Source of the DNA: Candidatus Latescibacterota bacterium | Lineage (GTDB): Bacteria > Latescibacterota > UBA2968 > UBA8231 | DNA length: 64,000 bases | Reading direction: 5' to 3' | Assembly: GCA_965243025.1 (NCBI GenBank) | Contig: CBDETY010000003.1 | Coordinates: 2,016,001-2,080,000 of the forward strand | Shown here: positions 18,331-26,048 of the stretch, in pieces | Numbering within the stretch: the first letter of the stretch is position 1 | Layout of the letters: the number at the start of each line of letters is the position of its first letter | Program-made: the position numbers and the translations under genes | The notes under the pieces: model-generated | What the model saw: the letters and a program-made list of their open reading frames with translations, nothing else | What the model was told of the DNA's origin: nothing | The model's database searches: none

Positions 18331-19794
18331 GTGACCAGCATCCGCGAGCAGTTCGCCGGCGACCGCCACCGGCCCGTCTACCACTTCGTCCCGCCGAAGA
18401 ACTGGACCAACGACCCGACCGGAACCTTCCAGGCAGACGGGCTGTTCCACCTCTTCTACCAGTACCGCGACGCCCCCTCCCCCGAGGGCCCGGGCGGCTG
18501 GGGCACCTGGTGCCATGCCGTGACCGAGGACTTCATCCACTGGATCGACTACCCGGTGGCGATCGAGCGCGAGGAGGGCGGCCCCGACCACGTCGGCTGC
18601 TGGAGCGGCGGGGCCTTCGAGCGGGACGGCTCCTACACCCTCATCTACTGGGGCAACCCGGGCGGCATCTGCCTGGCCGACAGCGACGACGGGTACCGCA
18701 CCTGGCGCAAGCACCCGCGCAATCCCGTGATCGAGCTGCCCGACGAGCCGGTGGATTGGAGGCTGCACGACCCCTGCGCCTGGAGGGACGGGGAGTGGTT
18801 CTACATGGCCAGCGGCTCCCAGATCGGCAAACCGCGCGCCATCGGAACCTCCAGGGACGCCGGCTTTCTGTTCCGCTCCCGCGACGCCGTCGGCTGGGAG
18901 TACGCCGGCCTGCTCTACGAGCCGGGCGGGGAGAGCGACCTCGCGGTGCCGAGCTTCTTTCCGTTCGGCGACGGGCACATGCTGCTGTTCGCCAGCCACA
19001 GCCGCGGGGCCCAGTACTACCTCGGCCCCTACGCCGACGGCCGCTTCGAGCGCCGGGTGCACGGCCGCTTCAACTACACCAGCTGGGAACCGGGGCCGGC
19101 CATGCACGTCTGCGGCGACTCGATCGCCCCCAGCTCCTGGCTGGCCCCGGACGGAAGGCGCATCGTCATCACCTGGATCGCCGAGGGCCGCACCCCGGAG
19201 GCTATGGCGAGGGCAGGCTGGGCCGGCATCATGTCCGTGCCGTGGGAGATGCGGCCGGGTCCGGACGGGAGCGTACGGGTGTCGCCTGTGCGGGAGCTGG
19301 AGGGGTTGCGCGGGATGTACCGCAGCCTGGAGGGAGCCTTCGCCGACGACGGCGAGCAGATCCTTCCCGGGATCGCCGGGGACACCATCGAGCTGAGGGC
19401 GGAGATCGATCCCGGCAGCGCCGACGAGGTTGGTCTCAAGCTGCGCTGCGACCTCGACGGCGAGGAGGAGACGGTGCTGACGTGGGAGCGCTGCCCGTCG
19501 CGGATACGGCTGGACGTGTCCCGTTCCAGCGCCGACCCCGAGTTCGTCGGCCGCGACCCGCAGGTCGCCGAGCTCCATCACGACCCGGACCAGCCGCTGC
19601 TGCTGCGGATCTTCCTCGACCGCTCGGTGGTCGAGGTCTTCGCCGGGGACAGGGTGCTGCTGACCAAGCGGATCTACCCGCAGCGGACCGACAGCATCGG
19701 TACCCGCTTCTTCGCCCGGGGAGGGCGGGCGAGCCTGCGGTCCCTCGACTCCTGGCAGCTGCGACCCTGCCGCTACTCCAGTCTCGAAGCCTAG
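18331..19794 (+). CDS. Glycoside hydrolase family 32 protein with atypical catalytic motifs
   Basis: GTG at 18331; HRPVYHF, NWTNDPTG, CWSG, HDP and C-terminal FLDRSVVEVF; canonical EC motif replaced by AV. Confidence 0.85.
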   Translation: MTSIREQFAGDRHRPVYHFVPPKNWTNDPTGTFQADGLFHLFYQYRDAPSPEGPGGWGTWCHAVTEDFIHWIDYPVAIEREEGGPDHVGCWSGGAFERDGSYTLIYWGNPGGICLADSDDGYRTWRKHPRNPVIELPDEPVDWRLHDPCAWRDGEWFYMASGSQIGKPRAIGTSRDAGFLFRSRDAVGWEYAGLLYEPGGESDLAVPSFFPFGDGHMLLFASHSRGAQYYLGPYADGRFERRVHGRFNYTSWEPGPAMHVCGDSIAPSSWLAPDGRRIVITWIAEGRTPEAMARAGWAGIMSVPWEMRPGPDGSVRVSPVRELEGLRGMYRSLEGAFADDGEQILPGIAGDTIELRAEIDPGSADEVGLKLRCDLDGEEETVLTWERCPSRIRLDVSRSSADPEFVGRDPQVAELHHDPDQPLLLRIFLDRSVVEVFAGDRVLLTKRIYPQRTDSIGTRFFARGGRASLRSLDSWQLRPCRYSSLEA

Positions 19795-19846
19795 GCGGGC
19801 AGGCTCAGTCGTTGCCGGTTGGGGGTTGGGAATTCGCTGCGAAAAT

Positions 19847-20776
19847 CTATTGCAGGGATGCCTTGATGCGGGCCCAGGAGACGGACTGGACCGCAGAGTC
19901 GCCGGACGCGCCGACAGGACCCAACAGCACGCCATCCACAAAATTGCTCGCATCGAACCACTCGGGCCACTCAGGCTCAGCACCATCGGGTCTGTCCATA
20001 TGGTACAGGGCATTCAGTCCCGAGTCGTCGTCAAAGTCAACAACCCAGATATCGAAGCCAATGATCTTCCCTTCGGACAGCTGAGACACATCGCTGTCCT
20101 CGGGACCCAGGTGACTCAGGCGGTCAAAGCAGGTGACGTAAAATTCGATATGCCAGAAAGTGGGTTTCTCCCCCAGAACGCTCCCTCCACCCTGGGAGAA
20201 GGGAGGCTCTACCATCCACCTTTCTTTCACTTCACCGGTAGTCCCAGGCAAGTCGACCAACGGCCCGCCAGCCGCCCGGGAAATAGCCTCGTACCACTGG
20301 GCCTGCATGTTCGTCTCCAAAGGTCCTTCCAACTCCTCGTGGCTAGACGGGAAGTCGTATTCACCTCCCGAATGATCTCCGTCGACCATTAAAGAAATGC
20401 TGTCGTAAAAACTGAAAGACAGGTAGTCGGGGTCATATTCGTTGTAGTACGCATCGTCGGCAAACTGGCCGGCGAAATGGATTTTGCCATCCCCGCTCCA
20501 TCCCAGCCAGATGCGGAAATCGAGGTTGGATGGGTCGTAAGAGGTTACCTGTACGTAACTGGACCTCATGTCGAAATCCAGGGTGGTCAGCGTCGGTTCA
20601 CCGACGGCCTCCACCCAGTCGTCCACAGTGGCGTCATCCTGATCGAGAGCCGCCAAGGTCACGTCCGAGAGATAGCTGATCGGAAACATGCGGTCATTAT
20701 CATGGGCGGCAAGGGGAGAAGCATTTGAAAAAATCGCTGCCGACATCGAAAGGAATATTGTATAACGGTACATCAC
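19847..20776 (-). CDS. Secreted hypothetical protein (CBM9/DOMON-like beta-sandwich suspected) with C-terminal SWARIKASL tail
   Basis: Signal peptide; DFRIWLGW and VDGDH motifs; ends SAVQSVSWARIKASLQ; paralog of 55282..56229. Confidence 0.75.
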   Translation of the reverse strand: MMYRYTIFLSMSAAIFSNASPLAAHDNDRMFPISYLSDVTLAALDQDDATVDDWVEAVGEPTLTTLDFDMRSSYVQVTSYDPSNLDFRIWLGWSGDGKIHFAGQFADDAYYNEYDPDYLSFSFYDSISLMVDGDHSGGEYDFPSSHEELEGPLETNMQAQWYEAISRAAGGPLVDLPGTTGEVKERWMVEPPFSQGGGSVLGEKPTFWHIEFYVTCFDRLSHLGPEDSDVSQLSEGKIIGFDIWVVDFDDDSGLNALYHMDRPDGAEPEWPEWFDASNFVDGVLLGPVGASGDSAVQSVSWARIKASLQ

Positions 20777-20850
20777 GGTGTCTCCTTGAAGATTTGCATC
20801 AGATCAAAAACCTTGGACGCGCAACTGAATAGCAGGCCGCGTCAAGCCTT

Positions 20851-21684
20851 TCAGTAGACCGGAAACCCCAGGACCTTGCGCTGCTCCAGGGTCAGGGCGG
20901 CCAGCTGGCCGCTGTCGAGGGCCTTGACCTCGGAGTAGTCCGGGGGCGCCGCCATGATCCCGACCAGCCGCTTCGCCTCGTCCGACATGCTCGCCACCGC
21001 TTCGGGCGGCAGCAGGCGCAGGCTGTCGGTCTTCCCCTTGAGCCAGGGCCGCAGGTAGTAGGCGATCACCGACCAGCGCGGCCGGTCGCTGCGGTTGATG
21101 CCGCCCTGGTGCCACAGGGCCGCGTCCCAGACGATGGCGGAACCGGCAGGCGCCTCGATACGCACGGTTTCCCCGGCGTCGTGGTCGGGGTCGGGGACCT
21201 CGCACGACAGGTGGGACCCCGGCCACAGCCGCGTGGTGCCGTTCTCCGGGGTGAAGTCGACCAGGCACCAGACGACGTTCAGGGCCATCGGAAAGTGGGC
21301 GCCGGCGGCGAACGGCAGCACCGTGTAATCCTCGCGGTCGACGTGGACCTGGAACCCCTTGGCCGCGTCCCGCCTGCCCGTCGGCATGGGGACGCGGATG
21401 TTGCCGTCGTAGAGCATCGCCCCTTCCCCGAGGAGGGCGCGCACGACCCGCATCACCGGCGGGTTGAGGTAGAACTCGTGGAAGTGGGGATGCTTGCCGA
21501 CGATGGCGTGGGCGTTGCGCAGGTTGTCGGTCTGCGTTCCCGTGGTGCGAGCCACCTCCTCCTCGGCGTCGAGCAGCTCGATCACCGCCCGCCGCGTCGC
21601 CTCGACTTCCTCGGGGGAGAGGGCGCGGCGGACGATCGTGTACCCCTGCCCGGCCAATTCGTGCAGGTGCGATTGGAGGTTCAT
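20851..21684 (-). CDS. PhyH family dioxygenase
   Basis: VHVD, FTPENGTTRLWPGSH and LWHQGGIN motifs. Confidence 0.88.
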   Translation of the reverse strand: MNLQSHLHELAGQGYTIVRRALSPEEVEATRRAVIELLDAEEEVARTTGTQTDNLRNAHAIVGKHPHFHEFYLNPPVMRVVRALLGEGAMLYDGNIRVPMPTGRRDAAKGFQVHVDREDYTVLPFAAGAHFPMALNVVWCLVDFTPENGTTRLWPGSHLSCEVPDPDHDAGETVRIEAPAGSAIVWDAALWHQGGINRSDRPRWSVIAYYLRPWLKGKTDSLRLLPPEAVASMSDEAKRLVGIMAAPPDYSEVKALDSGQLAALTLEQRKVLGFPVY

Positions 21685-21783
21685 ACCGGTCCTCTCAACT
21701 CCGGCGCCAACTCGAAAGGCGTGTCCGAGGTCATGGCGCGCCCTTCGCCTCCGCTGCCGGCTCCTCGGAGCGTGCGTCTGGAA

Positions 21784-22749
21784 TCACGCAGTCCCGCCCA
21801 ACTCTGCCGCCAGCTCGCGGGCGCGCTCAAGGGTCGTGCTCCGCTCCTCGAGCATGCGCCTGCGGATCTCGCCGATCAGCTCCGGTTCGGCCCGGGTGGT
21901 GACCCAGAGGGCCCGGCCGGACAGCACCTCGTCGATCTGCTGAGCCGTGCGCCGCACCTCCGGCCCGGGGGTGTGCGCCAGCCAGCTGGCCGTGTCCTTG
22001 ATGGGCTGGTAGCGGAAGTCGCAGGAGAGCCGGATGCGGTCGGAGCGGTTGGGCAGGCCGCGGTGGGCGGTGCGGCAGTGGAAGAGAACGGCGCTGCCGG
22101 GAGCGAAATCCCCCGTCGCCCAGGAGAGCTTCGAAGGGTCGAGGCCGTACCCGGCCTTATCGCCCTGCTGCTTCGTGGAGCTGGCGACGGTGCCGGCGGA
22201 CTGCAGCAGCCCGAGCCGGTGCGATCCCGGGGCGACCGCGAGCCCTCCGACCTCGGCGTCGATCTCCATCAGCGAGATCCAGCAGGTGTAGAAGCGGCCG
22301 GCCTTGTACCCCAGCTTCGGGTCGCCGTCCTGGTGGGCGCCGATCCCCTGGGCCGCTTCGGCTTCCGGGTCGGGGTAGACGAGGCGGATCAGCTGCTGCT
22401 CCCAGACCTGGACCGGGCTGTCGCACACCACCTCGAGGAGAGTGAGAACCTCGAAGGACTCTGCCAGCCCGCGGAACGACGGGAGCCGGACGATGCGGTC
22501 GTACACCGCCATGTACTCCGCTTCGGTCGGCTGCGGCCCCCCGCTCCACACCGGGTCGGGGGAACCGTCCTCCTCGATGATGAACCGCTCCCGCAGGATC
22601 GCCATGATCTCCCGCTTGACCGCGGTCGCCCGGTCCGCGTCGACCAGCCGGGGCAGGAACAGATAGCCGTTCTCCTGCATGCGCTCGCGCAGCCCCGCGG
22701 GATCCTCCAGGAGCCCTGTCGAGTCGATCATTTCCGCCAGGTCGGGCAT
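21784..22749 (-). CDS. PhyH family dioxygenase
   Basis: ENGYLF, AHQD, GGLAVAPGSH and TAHRGLPN..RLSCDFRY motifs. Confidence 0.88.
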   Translation of the reverse strand: MPDLAEMIDSTGLLEDPAGLRERMQENGYLFLPRLVDADRATAVKREIMAILRERFIIEEDGSPDPVWSGGPQPTEAEYMAVYDRIVRLPSFRGLAESFEVLTLLEVVCDSPVQVWEQQLIRLVYPDPEAEAAQGIGAHQDGDPKLGYKAGRFYTCWISLMEIDAEVGGLAVAPGSHRLGLLQSAGTVASSTKQQGDKAGYGLDPSKLSWATGDFAPGSAVLFHCRTAHRGLPNRSDRIRLSCDFRYQPIKDTASWLAHTPGPEVRRTAQQIDEVLSGRALWVTTRAEPELIGEIRRRMLEERSTTLERARELAAELGGTA

Positions 22750-22774
22750 CGGTCGGGTCCGGGTGATGCCGGGG

Positions 22775-23731
22775 TCAGCTCCCCCAGCCGCCCGCCTCGT
22801 AGAACTCGCGGGATTGGTCGACTGTGCGCTCGGTTTCCTTCAGGAACCCCAGCAGCCCCCCGAGGACCTCGGCGAGGTCGGGACGCTTTCCGCCTGCGGG
22901 TGCGGCTCCCTCCGGCAGGTAGGGGTTGCCCGGCGCGCTCTGCAGGATCGCCTGGGTGGTCTTGGGCATGTAGGTGCACAGGTACCCGTCGTACCCGACC
23001 CCCTTGAGGATGCGGAAGATCTCACCGTAGTCGGCGTGGCCGGTCCCGTGCTGGCAGTGGTTGGTCTCGTTGAGGTGGAAGTGCCTGATCCGCTTTCCCG
23101 CGTAGCGCAGGGCGTCGGGGATCGAGCCCTCCTCGACGTTCATGTGGAAGACGTCGGGCTGCACCCCGAGGTTTTCGAGCCCCAGTTCGTCCACGTAGTT
23201 GACCGCCTCGTAGATCGTCGTCAGCACCCCGGGGAGGCCCTCGTAGGTGTTGAGCGGCTCCAGCAGGATGGCGATGCCGCGTCCGGCAGCGTGCTCGCAG
23301 ACCTCGCGGATCGACTGCCGGAAGTTGTCGCGCAGCTGCTCGACCGGCTCCAGCGGAAACGGCAGCTGCGGCACCGCGGGCTGGGCGGCGCACAGCTCGG
23401 TGAAGCTGGCCCCGGCGTCGGCTGCGAGGTCGACGGTATCCCTGGCGTACTCAACGGCGCGGCCCCGGGTCTCCGGGTCGGAGCTGGCGAGGTTGCGCTC
23501 CTCGCCGGCGTGGTAGTAGCCCCAGGCGGCCAGGACCTCCGGGACCACGAGGCCGGCCTCCTCGACCCGCCGGCGCCAGGCGCGGCCGTCCATCTTCTCC
23601 GGGTTGCCGGGCAGGTCGACGCCGTCGTACCCGGCCTCGGCGGCGGCTTTGAGGACTACATCCGGCTCCTCGAGGAGGTTGTATCCCACCCAGGGAAGGG
23701 TGTCGCTCTGCAAGCTGTATTTGAACGCCAT
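22775..23731 (-). CDS. Sugar phosphate isomerase/epimerase (xylose isomerase-like TIM barrel)
   Basis: ATG at 23731 after AAGGGGG; LEPLNTYE, DVFHMNVEE, HFHLNE and GTGHADY motifs. Confidence 0.87.
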   Translation of the reverse strand: MAFKYSLQSDTLPWVGYNLLEEPDVVLKAAAEAGYDGVDLPGNPEKMDGRAWRRRVEEAGLVVPEVLAAWGYYHAGEERNLASSDPETRGRAVEYARDTVDLAADAGASFTELCAAQPAVPQLPFPLEPVEQLRDNFRQSIREVCEHAAGRGIAILLEPLNTYEGLPGVLTTIYEAVNYVDELGLENLGVQPDVFHMNVEEGSIPDALRYAGKRIRHFHLNETNHCQHGTGHADYGEIFRILKGVGYDGYLCTYMPKTTQAILQSAPGNPYLPEGAAPAGGKRPDLAEVLGGLLGFLKETERTVDQSREFYEAGGWGS

Positions 23732-23883
23732 GATGTCAGGAATCCCCCTTTGGCTTGGAGCGGTCGTTGGTTGGTTCAAACTGTGAAACGGCATCAGTGC
23801 GACCGTAGCCACGGGCGCGCTGCGGAAACCTCCCGGGAGCTCCGGGTTAGAAGAACAGCCTGGGTGAGAGCAAGGAAATAGAC

Positions 23884-24060
23884 AAATAAGGCAGAATAAG
23901 ACATGCTAGATATAACTAGTTGATTTTTCGTCCTCTTACATCGTCCTAAGAAGAACTAGGCTTCGAAATAAGACAGAATAAGACACGCTAGACGTAACCC
24001 GTTGATTTCTAGTGGCTTATCGTCATTCAAAGAAACTCCGCCTCGGAAATAAGACAGAAT
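23884..24060. repeat. Degenerate ~82-bp tandem repeat (2 copies plus a partial third) with AATAAGAC direct repeats and IHF boxes
   Basis: Units start at 23884, 23966 and 24047; first 43 nt of units 1 and 2 match at 37/43; WATCAANNNNTTR matches on the minus strand at 23913-23925 and 23995-24007. Confidence 0.85.
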
Positions 24061-24085
24061 GAGCCGAATCCATGGGGGAAATGGA

Positions 24086-25477
24086 CTATTGGCGCTTCCA
24101 CCGCGCACCTCTGCCGTGGCCCTGACACATCGCCAAGCCGAGCATCCGCAAGATCCGCAAGTCATCGCGCACCTGCCGCTCGGTAGGTGAATCCTCCAGT
24201 TGAGGGATGATCTCGCGCAAAGCGTATCCTCTGCGCCCTCCCGCAAGCAGGGACAGAATTGCCCTCTGGCGTTCGGTCACCTCCCGCTCGACACGTCTCG
24301 GCACGTAGGACTCCGGCCTGAAGCGCACGGTGACGCAACCGCCGACGTCCTCGATTTCCGGCGCCGGCAATCCGGCGTCCGTGGCCAGTTCCTTCATCTT
24401 GATCGTCCCCCGCCCCCACTGCTCGATGATTCCACGACGGTAGAAGACCTGGGCGACAAGTGGATTCCAGGGCAGGGATTCATGAGGTTCGAACAACGAT
24501 TCCACGGTAAGCCCGAAGTGCAGGGTTCCCGACGAGGTCACTTCAAGGCGGTCGTCGTAAATCGCACCCGCCACCGACCCTCCTCCAATCGAGTAGTCCC
24601 GGTGACAGATGGCGTTGGCAAGTGCCTCGCGCAAGGCCTCCGGCGGATAGAGAGGATCGTCCACCCGTTCGAACAGTCCCGGCTCGATGCGTCCGGCAAT
24701 GGGCAGATTCTCCCGGAAAAAACGCTCTGCCCTGTTCAGGAGCTCGAAGGCATTCCCGTGAAACTGCCGGTTGTCCAGAAACTCGGTACGGTCCGTACCG
24801 CGGAACTTCGCCACCCGCAGCATGCACTGGGTGTACTCTTTCTCAACGCGGTCCGGCCGGCCGAACAAGACGACCGCCGCTCGCAACAGGCGGTCTCCAC
24901 GGATCAGGCCGAAGCCGCGCAGCAACGCCGCGGGGTCGCGGGTTCCCGGATCGTCCGCGCGCCCGCGCCGGACAGCTTCCTCGAGGGTTCGAACGATCTC
25001 GTTGCGGTCGAGATCGTCGACTCCCCATCCCGGAGCAGGTTCGTTTTCCCAGCGCCGCTCCCCATGCAGGCGTTCGAGAAGCACCTGGTTGTACTGGTCC
25101 CGCGACATGGCCTGGTTGGTGTTGGCCACCCTGAGCCAAGCCTTCCCGTGGTGACTGTACGGCTGATTCTGTCCTTTCGAGACGGTAACCACCACGACCT
25201 CCCTTCCCCCGCGCACGGTTACTCGATTGACGGATGGGGAGGCCGGGGGTTCGATGTTTTGCAGCTCGGCAGCTACCTCCTCGAGCGTGTGATCACTGAC
25301 AAACTGACCGACTACCCGGCCATCCGCTTGCACGCCAAACAGGACCGTGCCGCCGCGGTGGTTCAGCATGGCGCATGCCGTTCTCGCACCTGTACGCAAC
25401 TCGCCGGTACTGAGCTTCAGTTCCAGCGTCTCCGATTCTCCGTCAGCGGCCAACGCCTCGATCTCGTCAAGTGTCAT
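24086..25477 (-). CDS. Schlafen/AlbA_2 domain + HATPase_c_4 + C-terminal HTH ATP-binding protein
   Basis: GESETLELK, CAMLNHRGGTVLFGV, YPPEALREALANAICHRDY and IEQWGRG motifs; wHTH-like C-terminus. Confidence 0.88.
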   Translation of the reverse strand: MTLDEIEALAADGESETLELKLSTGELRTGARTACAMLNHRGGTVLFGVQADGRVVGQFVSDHTLEEVAAELQNIEPPASPSVNRVTVRGGREVVVVTVSKGQNQPYSHHGKAWLRVANTNQAMSRDQYNQVLLERLHGERRWENEPAPGWGVDDLDRNEIVRTLEEAVRRGRADDPGTRDPAALLRGFGLIRGDRLLRAAVVLFGRPDRVEKEYTQCMLRVAKFRGTDRTEFLDNRQFHGNAFELLNRAERFFRENLPIAGRIEPGLFERVDDPLYPPEALREALANAICHRDYSIGGGSVAGAIYDDRLEVTSSGTLHFGLTVESLFEPHESLPWNPLVAQVFYRRGIIEQWGRGTIKMKELATDAGLPAPEIEDVGGCVTVRFRPESYVPRRVEREVTERQRAILSLLAGGRRGYALREIIPQLEDSPTERQVRDDLRILRMLGLAMCQGHGRGARWKRQ

Positions 25478-25616
25478 GCGTCTGGAATCCGAGGATGTTT
25501 ATGGAGCGAGCAGCCGGGCAAGATTCCCTTCATGCTGGTCGAAGAACTGTCTGCCCGAAATATAATGCCCGCAGAGCCTCCCAAATTCTGACGTTCCGCT
25601 GGGTCTGGCCCGAAGG

Positions 25617-25796
25617 CGAGATGCCGCTCACATTGCCATCGCGGTCACGCGCGGAACCCACTATCTTGTGACTTGGAACTTCCGGCACATCGCAAATGCC
25701 GCCATGCGCTCTCAGATCGAACGGGTTTGTCGTCAGTCCGGTTTCGAGCCGCCCATCATCTGTACCCCCCAACGAACTGATGGAACCCGACCATGA
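25617..25796 (+). pseudogene. C-terminal remnant of a PIN-domain (VapC-like) protein
   Basis: Translates RDAAHIAIAVTRGTHYLVTWNFRHIANAAMRSQIERVCRQSGFEPPIICTP; no start codon after the in-frame TAA at 25563. Confidence 0.75.
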
Positions 25797-26035
25797 AGAC
25801 GCCGCAGGCTGACCCCGTCATCGCTGAAGTCCGGGCAGTACGAGAACAGCGCGCGGCCCGGTTCAACTACGACGTCAAGGCCATTTTCGGAGACATTCGA
25901 GCCAGACAAGAGGCTTCCGGCCGCAAGTACGTCCGGTATCCTTCCCGCCGAACAGTTCCCGTCCCCCAAGTTCAGCACGGGTTGACGCGGCCTCGACCGT
26001 TGCCGCTGCCAACAGCGGCGGAATCGCCAATCTGA
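25793..26035 (+). CDS. Small hypothetical protein of the type found downstream of this PIN family (putative antitoxin/partner)
   Basis: DPVIAEVRAVREQRAARFNYDVKAIF; ATGA overlap with the PIN remnant. Confidence 0.65.
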   Translation: MKTPQADPVIAEVRAVREQRAARFNYDVKAIFGDIRARQEASGRKYVRYPSRRTVPVPQVQHGLTRPRPLPLPTAAESPI

Positions 26036-26048
26036 GAGATCCTCCATC

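Noticed and set aside
23884-24060. Repeat-spacer-like periodicity suggesting a mini CRISPR array
   Set aside because: Only two full units, the 'spacers' resemble each other, the repeats differ at 6 of 43 positions, and there are no cas genes in the window; better explained as a degenerate tandem duplication
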